Shown: positions 31,198 to 41,192, numbered from the stretch's first letter. The stretch: DNA of 64,000 nt from a bacterium (GCA_965205865.1 CBDBHR010000023.1:96001-160000); one strand, 5' to 3'. Notes: generated from the sequence alone by a model not told the origin. Numbers and translations: made by a program.

Positions 31198-31455
31198 TGA
31201 GGTGAGTGAGCAGGGTTATCTCACCCCGGTAATAGCGGAAAAAAGGGGACTGATTTATTTAAAAATGTGAGATCATTTTCTATCATCAATGATGAATCCT
31301 TTAGAAAAGGGGTCAAGTCTTTTTTAGCTTTAAAGAAAAACCTTACCGAATTAGGGAACGGATTTCCAAGTAGAGGGGTATCGCTTTCCGCTTAAAAACG
31401 ACTGTCTGTTTGTCGGGAGCCGTTATCGCTTCAGAGAACCGATCTTTCAAAAACC

Positions 31456-31540
31456 AGGCAACGCTGAGTTCACCGGTGTCTTTTTGCAGAGCGAGGAACG
31501 AGCAGCGCAGAAAGGCATCCGGCGCAACGTTTTGTTCGGC
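31456..31540 (-). other. attC-like recombination site
   Basis: Minus strand GCCGAAC-AAAACGTTGCGCCGGA...CCGGTGAACTCAGC-GTTGCCT imperfect palindrome, 17 bp after the stop of 31558-32100. Confidence 0.65.
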
Positions 31541-31557
31541 ATTTTGTTCCAAGAAGT

Positions 31558-32100
31558 TTATTGAAACGATTTAGGATGAAAATTTTCGGGTACTCGAAGT
31601 GCAAAAGTCTCATCATGGATCTTAGCTAAGTAAATCCCTGACTGGATCACTCGTTTTTCTAATTCTTCGAGACTATCTACGCAGGCTAAGATCCCATAGA
31701 GTTCTTTGTCTTGATGTTCAGGAAAGAAGGTAGGAAAGGTTTCTAAGTGTTTTAATATTTGTTGCAGCCCCTCTTCACGTAAGTGGCTTTTTATCTCAAC
31801 TATATAGGCTTGATGAATATCAGAATTGGCATAAGCCAAGACATCTAATTCCATCGTATGACCATTTTTTTTAGATTTGACTCGTAGACCAACCACATCC
31901 ATTTTAAATTGTTCACGCAACAATTTTTCCATCGAAGGGACAGCGATCCCTTCTGTGAAGCTTCCAAATTTTTCTCCAAGTCCTCCAATTTGTTTGCCAA
32001 GTTCTTTCAACTGTTTATCGGTTTGTTCTTGCGATTGTGTCAAACGTTCCTGAACTGTCGCGATCTTGCTCAATAACTCATTTAGTTCTTGATCTCTCAT
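31558..32100 (-). CDS. Coiled-coil + PD-(D/E)XK-like protein (DUF3782-like)
   Basis: TDKQLKELGKQIGGLGEKFGSFTEG...ELDVLA...IVEIKS. Confidence 0.75.
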   Translation of the reverse strand: MRDQELNELLSKIATVQERLTQSQEQTDKQLKELGKQIGGLGEKFGSFTEGIAVPSMEKLLREQFKMDVVGLRVKSKKNGHTMELDVLAYANSDIHQAYIVEIKSHLREEGLQQILKHLETFPTFFPEHQDKELYGILACVDSLEELEKRVIQSGIYLAKIHDETFALRVPENFHPKSFQ

Positions 32101-32210
32101 TATTCCTCTTTAGTATATGATCCAAAAAATATTCTCATAGTATCATATTCTCAGTTGACTACAATTTAATTTCAGAAAGTTTGCAAAATTTCGATTAAGA
32201 ATCATGAAAT

Positions 32211-32930
32211 GGTGTTAGGCCTTTGATTATTTCATTTGACGTTTCATTCTTCAAATAAACTATCCCGGAGCAAGCTCTCTCGTTGAGGCTCGACTTTCGT
32301 TTCGCTCGAGCGGAGTATTTTGTCGGATTATCTTTTTTTCAAAGCAGCAACGGTACGTCGAGCGGCTGCGGCGAGTCAGACCCGAAAGAGATTAATAGTT
32401 TTTCCTCAATTTCTTTCATCCTGTTTACCAAATCTTTGTCTGTTTTGGCGCGTTTTAGCAAAATTCGAATGGCATTGCTTAAGGTGACGCCATCTCGACC
32501 ACAACGCTCTCCCCAGACTTCCAATGTTAGATTTTCTGATTTTCGCACTATCCAGGCAACAACCAACCTTGCTTCAGAGGGTTTCCTTTCTTTCCTTTGG
32601 CAAAGAGTTGTTTTTCAGTGATGCGATACAATTGACAAACCGCCTGAATAATTTCTTCCAACTCCAATGTTTTGTGAATGGGCTCTCCCGCTTGTTGTAA
32701 GGCACTTTCCGCAAAGTGATCATCTCCCAAAATCCTTGCTTCTTTATTCCTTTTTTCGAACTCGGGGCGTAGGGTGTCCTCCAGAGCTTCCTCAACATAG
32801 CGACGATACATCCGGCGAGCTTGACCTAGTTTTCTTGCCATTTTTCCTCTCGGTTGCTCTCAAGTCTGGAACTATGCTAACCATAGAATTTAACAAAATA
32901 CAATTTAATCATTTAATCAAAGGCCTGACC
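32211..32930 (-). mobile_element. Copy 3 of the RAYT/Y1-derived element
   Basis: Near-identical to copy 2; ends ggtgttaggcctttgatta / taatcaaaggcctgacc. Confidence 0.8.
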
Positions 32931-32932
32931 AC

Positions 32933-33508
32933 TTATAAAGCAGCCTGGGTGTCTCCTGCTTCGTAAAGGGCTAATCCTTGTTGAAAATGTTCCAAGGCTG
33001 CGGGGCTTTCAAAGCCGCTGGCGGCTTCGGCCTGCTGCCTGAGATCGTTTGGCTTTGGCGTGGCCGCAAACTGTTCGGCTAGTTGGCGCTGCTCCGGCCG
33101 GCGGATGTCAAAACCACCAAATTTTGTGTAGAAAATCGTTCCCGTCTCATCGAGGAAGACCACGTTGAGCACGGCTTTGAAGCCGAACAGGATGCTGAGC
33201 CGGTTATCTGAATCGATGAGGTTATGATAGGTTGCTTGGGCCCGCTCGACAAAGGGTCGAGCCTTAGCCGCTCCCTGCACGTCGATGGCGACGGCGACGA
33301 GCTCAATGTTCTGAGCCCGATGCGCTTCGTAGAATTCCTGCCTGACCGGCAGCTGCTCGCGACAGGCTCACCACGAGGCCCACATAAAGAGGATAACTTT
33401 CCGCCCCTTTAAATCCGATAGATTGATCTCATCGCCGTTTAGTGTAGGCAGAGATATGTCTGGAATTAATTGACCTACCGTAAGAATGTTCTGGCTTACT
33501 TTGTTCAT
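32933..33508 (-). CDS. Selenocysteine-containing peroxiredoxin/TlpA-like protein (UxC motif), possibly C-terminally truncated
   Basis: ATG 33508 after GAGGAGG; VGQLIPDISLPTLNGDEINLSDLKGRKVILFMWASW-TGA(33368-33370)-ACREQLP continues in frame into the 32933-33280 ORF; downstream hairpin CTGCC-GGTCA-GGCAG. Confidence 0.8.
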
Positions 33509-33551
33509 AATTGACCTCCTCTGAAAATAGAAATTTGGTCGAATGGACTCC

Positions 33552-33676
33552 CGCTAACGCCGAGGTCACTTGTGCCCACCCGATAATGACCAATGTAACA
33601 GAGATGAACTGACAGTCTACCACAAAATTTGGTGAAAAACGCAGGGGTGGGCGTCCAGTGAACCGCCTGGTTGACA
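33552..33676 (-). other. attC-like recombination site
   Basis: Minus strand TGTCAAC-CAGGCGGTTCACTGGACGCCCACCC...GGGTGGGCACAAGTGACCTCGGC-GTTAGCG; 43 bp upstream of the selenoprotein start. Confidence 0.7.
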
Positions 33677-33835
33677 CTTTTTTCTTGAGGGGTTATCAGT
33701 CGAATCACAATAAACGATAACACCTTGACATCAAAGGAAGCAACATAAAATGATTCTCAACTGGGAAAAAGAGGAGGGAGGACCCATGCAGGTTGAGGAA
33801 GAGGCAAGAGAGATGAAATTCTTCACAAAGCGCTG

Positions 33836-34138
33836 ATGGTTTTGGAACCTTTGGTCTTGGAGAGCCGGGAAGAATTGGCAGAAAAAATACCTCAATGGAA
33901 AGCCACTCTGGAGAGGTTGGATTGCCCGGAGTCCGAAAAGAGGCATTTGATAGAATTGTTAACCTATGCTCTTGTAGAGAAGTTTTCTAAACTGACGAGA
34001 GAGGAGATAGAGAAGATGCTCAAACTGACCCCATTGGACGAAACCGTCGCCGGAAAAGAACTGATCCAAAGATGCGCTCTGAATCCCATGCTTTTCGTGA
34101 TGAGAAGGGCAGGATTGCCCCATATTTTCAAGGACTGA
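33836..34138 (+). pseudogene. C-terminal fragment of an Rpn/DUF2887-like protein
   Basis: LIELLTYALVEKFSKLTREEIEKMLKLTPLDETVAGKELI. Confidence 0.55.
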
Positions 34139-34802
34139 CACAGAGAACAGCGAGGATCAAGTCCAGGATGAGACAAGCACTCGCCACTGAGGAGTTAAGA
34201 GGAGCAAAAAAAATCGATTGACCTCCTCTGAATATTGTTATATAGAGAGGATACTGAAGGGGATAATGAAATCTACCAGAATATTGCCATCATCGTTCTT
34301 TTGTGATAGTTTTCAAGAAATCGCCTTTGGCTGAAGGTTTTTAAGAATTTCGGCTTGTTTTTTTGTTTCTTTTTTGATAATTTTCAACGTAAATGCCTTG
34401 GGTTTAAGGTTTTATTTCAATTTCGCTCATATTTCAGCCGAAAGTCATCTAAAACCTCATATCATCCCCAGAGGATTTTTAGAAACGGTCAACGGGGAAT
34501 TGAACAGTGCCAAACAAAAATGTTGACTTCCGTATCCCAATATGAAAAACTATTTTAGTTGATCATAAGAATACACTCATGAATGAATGAGTCGCCCTAT
34601 TTAAAAAAATCTTGATACATTTGCAGAGCGATTATAATATTTTATTCCAAGAACGGAAAAGCAATAATGAGATCCTTCGCATTGCCGCTTTCGGTACACC
34701 TGTTTGGGCAAATCTTCAGGATGACATGAAAGTCTGAAAATAACTTGTTTCAAGTAAAAAAACATCTGGACAATGAGGTGGTTATGAGAGTAAACTTAAA
34801 AG

Positions 34803-34871
34803 CCCAGTTCCCAGTTCCCAGTTCCCAGTTCCCAGTTCCCAGTTCCCAGTTCCCAGTTCCCAGTTCCCAGT
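34803..34871 (+). repeat. Heptanucleotide tandem repeat (CCCAGTT) x9 plus a partial unit
   Basis: Direct reading. Confidence 0.97.
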
Positions 34872-35309
34872 AATAAGTTCCAAGCAACAAGTCACAAGTC
34901 CCCAATCCCAAGTTCTACCCCCTTATATTATCTCGACATCAGGGAGAGATCCTTAAGATCCCTCGTTCCCCGTTCCGAGGACGGAACGGCAATGGGGAAT
35001 TTGGAAAATCATCGGCGCCTGAGTGCGTCGGTTTATGGTTCATTGCCCAATCCTGGAGCCAATGAATCGGTTTTTTGATCACTTGAAAATGAAGGAGACC
35101 CAATGTGTAGAGAAATCGTCGAGAACGTGCTTTCGGGGACGAAAGTAGTTTTGAAAGCAACCCGCAATCTTGTTTTTAATCAAAAAGCAGAAAGGAGCAC
35201 CATGAATCGTCAAAAAAGTAGAGAAATCTTCGACAACATGCCTTCGGCAACGAAAGCAGTTTTTAAATCAATCTTTAATTTTGAACATGCAATCGAAAGG
35301 GAAAAAAAG

Positions 35310-37124
35310 ATGGAAAATCAAAAAAGCAATTCAACCTTCAGTGTAATCCTGCTTACCCTCATCCTGATGGTGGCCGCCATCTGGGTCAGCCCGGCAGCCA
35401 TTGCTGCTGAAAAAGAAATGGTCAGAGACCCGGCCACCGGCGAGATGGTAACCGCGCCGGAATATGGTGGGACACTCACGTGGGCCGCTGCGAGTCATGC
35501 TCCGAATACTGACCCGTGGCACGTTGGTGGCTGGGCGCCTCACTTCATCAGTGGCGTTAACGAGGTGCTAGCCTTCACCGACTGGGCAACATCTAGGGAT
35601 ATATTTAACTTCGCATTCTGGGACCGACCGCACGAGACCACTAGAGGGAATCTGGCTGAAAGCTGGTCAATGCCCGACGATACAACGATGATCTTGAACA
35701 TCCGCCAGGGCGTTCACTTCGCTCTTGATCCAGACAGTGAGGCCAGCCGCCTGGTAGGTGGTCGGGAGCTCGATGCTTCTGACGTCGAATGGAACTATCA
35801 CCGTATGTTGGGTCTGGGCGATTTCACCGCAGACGAACCTCCCGCCCAAAGTGGTGGTGCCAGTGGGGGGATAGAGATCGAATCGGTAACGGCCACCGAC
35901 AAATGGACGGTTGCGATCAAGCTGACGAAGCCTCAACTCAGTGCGGAGTATAAAACATTGAACAACTGGGCCATGTTAGTGTTGCCTCGCGAGGTAGTCG
36001 AGAAATACGGAGACTATAGGGACTGGAGGAACGTGGTCGGCACCGGGCCCCTTATGCTGACTGAATATGTCGAAGGCGTCTCTATTACCTGGGAGAAGAA
36101 TCCTGACTACTGGGGCTACGACGAAAAATTCCCGCAGAACCGCCTGCCCTATATTGACGAGTACAGGTCCCTGCTGATGAAAGAACCAGCAGCACGCGTG
36201 GCGGCACTGCGCACGGGCAAGATTGATATGATGGGTAACGCCGGAGACGCTAATATAGCCTCTATCGACAATCTGCTGACCATCCAGCGGACCAACCCTG
36301 AAATCGATGTGTGGCCCGTTTATGGTATGGGAACTGCGCAGTTCGTTTTTAACTTGGCTTTGCCGCCCACTTCCGACCTCAATGTGCGCAAGGCACTGAA
36401 TATGGCAGTGGACCGCGAGACAGTTTCCGCTACCTTCCATAAGGGTTGGGGAGATCCAGAACCTATTGGGTTAATGCTGCCCGTGGAAGGGTGGAGCTGG
36501 CCCTATGATGAGTGGCCCGAAGACGTCAAGCAAGAATATACCTATAACCCGGAAAGGGCCGAGGAGCTCCTTGATGCGGCTGGATACAAGCGCGGCGCAG
36601 ACGGCTATCGATTCAAGATCATGTTAGCCCATTACGACAGGTGGGATACGTCCTATTCAGAACTCGTCGGGGGGTACTTGGATGCCATTGGCGTTGACAG
36701 CGAGCTTGTTGTGCAGACTTACCCTGAGCATGCGGCGGAGCAATCTCTGGTCACGTCCCGGTTTGCGGCAATCACTACTAATCATGGGTACGCCAGCGGT
36801 ACGCTTCTCCCACTAAGAAGGCAAATCCAAAAGGTTGAGGGCTGGAGCTACACCAAAGTGAATGACCCCCGTCTTCTCGCCCTGTATGAAGGCGGCAAAG
36901 ATTCTCTCGACATAGAGGAGATAAAGAGTATTTCTCGACAGACCGATGAGATCTTTGTAAAGGAGCACTTCGCCCTAGCCAAAGCCCGAATCCCGCAGTT
37001 TAGCTTGAGCCAACCGTGGGTCATAGGTTATAGCGGTGAATGGAATATGGGGAGAAATCAACGTAATACCTTGTTTGCCCGCCTGTGGATTGATAGTGAG
37101 CTGAAGGCAGCAATGGGTCATTAG
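35310..37124 (+). CDS. Family-5 ABC substrate-binding protein
   Basis: Signal peptide (VILLTLILMVAAIWVSPAAIA), DPATGEMVTAPEYGG, LAESW, GTGP, KNPDYWGYD, ARLWIDSEL; ORF is open from 35103. Confidence 0.92.
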   Translation: MENQKSNSTFSVILLTLILMVAAIWVSPAAIAAEKEMVRDPATGEMVTAPEYGGTLTWAAASHAPNTDPWHVGGWAPHFISGVNEVLAFTDWATSRDIFNFAFWDRPHETTRGNLAESWSMPDDTTMILNIRQGVHFALDPDSEASRLVGGRELDASDVEWNYHRMLGLGDFTADEPPAQSGGASGGIEIESVTATDKWTVAIKLTKPQLSAEYKTLNNWAMLVLPREVVEKYGDYRDWRNVVGTGPLMLTEYVEGVSITWEKNPDYWGYDEKFPQNRLPYIDEYRSLLMKEPAARVAALRTGKIDMMGNAGDANIASIDNLLTIQRTNPEIDVWPVYGMGTAQFVFNLALPPTSDLNVRKALNMAVDRETVSATFHKGWGDPEPIGLMLPVEGWSWPYDEWPEDVKQEYTYNPERAEELLDAAGYKRGADGYRFKIMLAHYDRWDTSYSELVGGYLDAIGVDSELVVQTYPEHAAEQSLVTSRFAAITTNHGYASGTLLPLRRQIQKVEGWSYTKVNDPRLLALYEGGKDSLDIEEIKSISRQTDEIFVKEHFALAKARIPQFSLSQPWVIGYSGEWNMGRNQRNTLFARLWIDSELKAAMGH

Positions 37125-37238
37125 GGGTTTCACCCCTTGTGGCTGACGAAGCCCCGATAGAATCGGGGCTCGCAATGACAAAAGAGGAGTGGCAATGACG
37201 AAAGAAATGACGAGGGAAATCGTAATGAGGTGTAGCAC

Positions 37239-38243
37239 ATGAGAACCTATCTCATCAGGCGGCTATTGTTGCTCATCCCCACCTTGTGGATATTGACCAT
37301 CATAGTCTTTCTCTCGGTCCGCTTCATCCCTGGCGATATGGTAGACACACTGGCGGCTCAGATTATGGCGCAAGGTACGGGTGACTATATAGACCGTGAA
37401 GCTATGGAGCGTATGCTGGGATTAGACGTGCCTGTCTACGTGCAGTATGGACGCTGGATAGGAGTGTTGCCGACCCCTGACTGGGTTACCGGTGAGTCCC
37501 ACTTTAGAGGTCTCCTCCAGGGCACCCTTGGCGAATCACTGTGGGGCGGTTGGCCGGCAGAGAGGAGTCTAATAAGTAGATTGCCAGTAACCATTGAGCT
37601 TGGTGTTCTGTCAATCGTAATCGGGCTCGTCATCGCCCTGCCCGTCGGCATCTACTCGGCGGTTCGCCAGGATACCGCCGCCGACTACCTGGGGCGCACC
37701 ATCGCCATCATCGGCCTGGCCACGCCCAACTTCTGGCTGGCCTTGATGGTCCTGCTCTACCCGGTATTGTGGTGGGGCTGGGCACCGCCGCTGGAATGGG
37801 TTCCTTTCACCGAGGACCCGCTGGGGAATCTCGAGATGTTCCTCATTCCCAGCTTGATTCTGGGAACGGCCATGGCCGCTGCCACCATGCGGATGTCACG
37901 CACCATGATGCTGGAGGTGCTCCGGCAGGACTATATCCGAACGGCCTGGTCCAAGGGACTCAAGGAGCGGGTCGTGGTGATCCGGCACGCCATCAAGAAT
38001 GCCCTCATCCCGGTAGTTACGCTCGTAGGCCTGCAGCTCCCCCTACTGGTAGGTGGCTCCGTTATCATGGAGGAAATATTTAACCTGCCGGGGATAGGTC
38101 GTATGTTTCTGGATGCCCTCGATCGAAGAGACTACCCGGTGGTCCAAGGTGTAAACCTGTTTTTATCCGCGTTCGTTATGCTTAACATTCTACTTATCGA
38201 CATGATTTATCCTTATTTAGACCCCAGGGTCCGCTACAGCTAA
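37239..38243 (+). CDS. DppB-like permease
   Basis: MRTYLIRRLL...EVLRQDYIRTAWSKGL...DPRVRYS. Confidence 0.93.
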   Translation: MRTYLIRRLLLLIPTLWILTIIVFLSVRFIPGDMVDTLAAQIMAQGTGDYIDREAMERMLGLDVPVYVQYGRWIGVLPTPDWVTGESHFRGLLQGTLGESLWGGWPAERSLISRLPVTIELGVLSIVIGLVIALPVGIYSAVRQDTAADYLGRTIAIIGLATPNFWLALMVLLYPVLWWGWAPPLEWVPFTEDPLGNLEMFLIPSLILGTAMAAATMRMSRTMMLEVLRQDYIRTAWSKGLKERVVVIRHAIKNALIPVVTLVGLQLPLLVGGSVIMEEIFNLPGIGRMFLDALDRRDYPVVQGVNLFLSAFVMLNILLIDMIYPYLDPRVRYS

Positions 38244-38252
38244 AGGGGGAAC

Positions 38253-39221
38253 ATGAGTGACGTAGGGGTACCATCAGTAGAAAGCGAGCCCAAGAGACGT
38301 TCCCGGCTGGCTGATTTCTTTACCAGGCTGGTGAAGGAGAAGCCACTGGGTATTGCCTGCGGGATTATCATATTGATATTGATTTTTGTCGGTATCTTTG
38401 GCGGTGTTTTGGCCCCTTATCCACATAGGGAAATACACATGGTAGACAGGCTGCAGGGCGCATCAGCCAAGTATCTGCTGGGTACCGACCAGTTGGGGCG
38501 AGATTTATTCAGCCGCCTTATCTTCGGGGCTCGTATTTCGTTACTTGTCGGTCTGGCAGTGACCGTGCTCAATGTGCTCATCGCTGTCCTGATCGGCGGC
38601 ACTTCCGGATTCCTTGGGGGTAAATTGGACTTGGCGGTGCAGCGCTTTGTTGATGCCTGGATCGCCTTTCCGGGACTGCTGTTGTTGTTGACCATCATGT
38701 CCATTGTGGGAAAGGGGCTCCCCCAGATCATCGTGGTGCTGGGGGTTGCCGGAGGCATCGGCGGCTCAAGAGTCATCAGAAGCGCCGTGATCGCTATCAA
38801 AGAGAATGACTATTTTCTGGCAGCCCGGGCCGTGGGCACCCCCACGAGCCAAATCCTGATCCACCATGTCCTGCCCAATATTATGGCACCCGTCATTATT
38901 ATCTTCTCCATTAACATCGGGGGGGTGATTATGTCTTTGGCTTCTCTGGGCTTCCTCGGATACGGTCTACCACCCAACATTCCTGACTGGGGCGGCATGC
39001 TCAGCCGGGAAGGGCGCAAGTACATGGAGCAGGCCCCCTGGCTGGCGCTCTGGCCGGGGCTCTGCCTGACGATTGTCGTCTACGCCTTCAACATGTTCGG
39101 CGACGCGGTGAGAGACCTGCTCGATCCGCGGCTGCGGGGTGGAGAGGGCAGTTACGGCACTGCGGTGGTGAAACGCAAACGAGGTCTCCTGGCCCGACTG
39201 GTCAACCCCTTCCATCAGTAG
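38253..39221 (+). CDS. DppC-like permease
   Basis: LLGTDQLGRDLFSRLIFGARIS...HVLPN...GDAVRDLLDPR. Confidence 0.93.
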   Translation: MSDVGVPSVESEPKRRSRLADFFTRLVKEKPLGIACGIIILILIFVGIFGGVLAPYPHREIHMVDRLQGASAKYLLGTDQLGRDLFSRLIFGARISLLVGLAVTVLNVLIAVLIGGTSGFLGGKLDLAVQRFVDAWIAFPGLLLLLTIMSIVGKGLPQIIVVLGVAGGIGGSRVIRSAVIAIKENDYFLAARAVGTPTSQILIHHVLPNIMAPVIIIFSINIGGVIMSLASLGFLGYGLPPNIPDWGGMLSREGRKYMEQAPWLALWPGLCLTIVVYAFNMFGDAVRDLLDPRLRGGEGSYGTAVVKRKRGLLARLVNPFHQ

Positions 39222-39344
39222 GAATCTCTTCCTTTGTGGGAGGCCGCGCTGAGCATCCTTGGACTGGGCTTACCACCCGATGTTCCCAACTGGGGGGATG
39301 CTCAGTAAAGGGGTTAAGTCTTGACTTTTGCTTACTTTACTCAT

Positions 39345-39560
39345 ATGAGCGCATGCCCTGCTCTTCGAGCCTGCGGGGTCGAGCTTTCGGTGGTGTCCTT
39401 GTGCTAGCCCTTTGATGCGCACTCGGACTGCTGCCTTCCGACACTTGAACGCTGTCGGCTTTCCTCCAACATGATCCTTCGCTTTCGGGGCTCAATGACG
39501 AGGTCTACACTCTTGGTTCATCCGGCTTTATACCCCACATTACTGTGAGGCGCGGGGACG
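39345..39560 (-). mobile_element. Degenerate group II intron RNA fragment
   Basis: ctgctgccttcc..gtcggcttt..tttcggggctcaat..ccggcttt resembles reverse-complemented intron domain I sequence; no termini seen. Confidence 0.4.
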
Positions 39561-39569
39561 CCTGGTCGC

Positions 39570-39815
39570 GGACTTCTCTACTGTGAAAGCCAAACTGTTA
39601 AGTCGCCCGCATGACCGGCGAGGTGTTGGCAAAGGGTCCATGCATCACCTGGCGGTTCATGATCACCACATCGCCCGGTTGACACAGCATCGGGACGGCC
39701 CCAGGGAGACGATCCGCCCCCCATTGGCGGATCCGTACGACGATATCGAGCTCGTCCTGCTGGTGGGTCCCGGGAACCACCCATAGCGCATTCACCGGAT
39801 TGCTGGGGTAAAGCT
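39570..39815 (-). pseudogene. Phytanoyl-CoA dioxygenase family fragment
   Basis: NALWVVPGTH...PGDVVIMNRQVMHGPFANTSP..R. Confidence 0.7.
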
Positions 39816-39852
39816 GATGGTTAGCTCTTTTTAGGAAAGAAGTAAGAGGATC

Positions 39853-40719
39853 TTATAATTTTTCAATCTCCTCCGGAGAAAATCCGGAAATTTCACTGAT
39901 CATTTTTAAATCAATCCCTTTTTGTTTTATTTCTCTTGCCATGTCAGCGATTCCTTTTTCGATTCCTTCTTCTCTTCCCTCTGCTTTTGCTGTCTCGATG
40001 ATTCCTCGTTCCGAAACCAAATGCATAAGATACCTTTCATAACGTTTGCGTTCTTCAGAACCCATTTTTAAAAGGTCTAATTTTTTCCCGGCTTCACGAA
40101 TGTGCTTCGATTTAAATTCCGACTTGATGGATTCGTGTTTTAACATATAGATCCATTCATCTAAGTCCGCTTCGATCATATCCTGGAAGCTCTCCACACG
40201 GATCAAGTAGTATTCAGGAAAGAGGTTCTTTTTTGCTTGAAGATGAGTGAGATGATCAGGGCCTTTGACTTTCTCACGGATTTTTAAGAGATCATTGCTA
40301 TGGATGCCACGAAATTCCGTCTTTCCATAATAAACATAATCCTTTCCCAAACCCAGGTTGAAGTAAAGAATACTGATGGAAATGACTTTTTTGATCTGAT
40401 CGTAGGTCTCTCCGAGTGGCAGGTTTTCGACAATCACCTTCGAGGTTCCGAAGAGCAGTCTTTCCAAATAATCCGCTTCCTGCTGATTTTGAATTTCAAT
40501 AATTAAATGACGGTCTTGAGAATCCTTCACCAGTAGGTCCACCCGATTGAACTTTTGTTGTTCCTCCGCGCTATTGCTCTCACTCTCTAAAAGGGAAACC
40601 ACGCGGATCTCTTCCTGGAGGAGAGCCGTCAGAAACCCTTCCAAAATATCAAAATTGGCTTTATCGCGTAGGACCGTTTTGATAGCCCAGTCAAAACGGA
40701 TGATTCGTTTCTCTGTCAT
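39853..40719 (-). CDS. Rpn family / PD-(D/E)XK nuclease family transposase
   Basis: RFDWAIK..LLESES..KFNRVDLLV..IIEIQ; C-terminal EGREEGIEKG. Confidence 0.9.
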   Translation of the reverse strand: MTEKRIIRFDWAIKTVLRDKANFDILEGFLTALLQEEIRVVSLLESESNSAEEQQKFNRVDLLVKDSQDRHLIIEIQNQQEADYLERLLFGTSKVIVENLPLGETYDQIKKVISISILYFNLGLGKDYVYYGKTEFRGIHSNDLLKIREKVKGPDHLTHLQAKKNLFPEYYLIRVESFQDMIEADLDEWIYMLKHESIKSEFKSKHIREAGKKLDLLKMGSEERKRYERYLMHLVSERGIIETAKAEGREEGIEKGIADMAREIKQKGIDLKMISEISGFSPEEIEKL

Positions 40720-40885
40720 AGTTTTCGCTCCGATTGGTTGGACATTGGCATTTGAGTATAATCACCTCCTCTCGTTTTTACCAGTTCTTCATGTGATTTC
40801 TCATTTTTTGAAAGGAAACCAATGAGGAAGCTGACCTCATTTTCTTCAGAAGAGGATAAAAAGAGAACCCTCTTTCATGAACTCA

Positions 40886-41043
40886 GGAACAAACCTTAAA
40901 TAACCTGTAATTCTTCCAATGGTGTGAGCAAAATTGGGGGACATGTACACCGCTGCGCATCCCAACTCTACTGTTTTATGCCTGCTGTTACGTGCACCCT
41001 AATTTTGCGTATCCATACTTCTAACTTATTTAAATTTCATTCC
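40886..41043 (+). mobile_element. MITE of about 158 bp, copy A
   Basis: Shared with 43402-43559 (inverted) and 60289-60442; imperfect terminal IRs ggaacaaaccttaaataa / ttatttaaatttcattcc. Confidence 0.85.
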
Positions 41044-41192
41044 TAAGTGCTTGGTTTGGGGAGAGAAGGCAGGGAATTTTCTTGAGGTGAGCGTCTTGCC
41101 AAGGATCTCCGGAGTGCGTTCCGTTTGTCGCCTCGCTCTTAAAAATCGAAAATTTTCAAAACAGGGCTGATTGAAAGTGAATTGGCAACAGT

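Noticed and set aside
33510-34232. Identical 16-mer ATTGACCTCCTCTGAA at 33510 and 34217
   Set aside because: One copy is the reverse-strand RBS of the selenoprotein; no element boundary is apparent, so it may be chance
5711-39221. Diversity-generating retroelement acting on SBP C-termini
   Set aside because: No intact reverse transcriptase, and the orphan tails differ from full genes at all base types, not only at adenines
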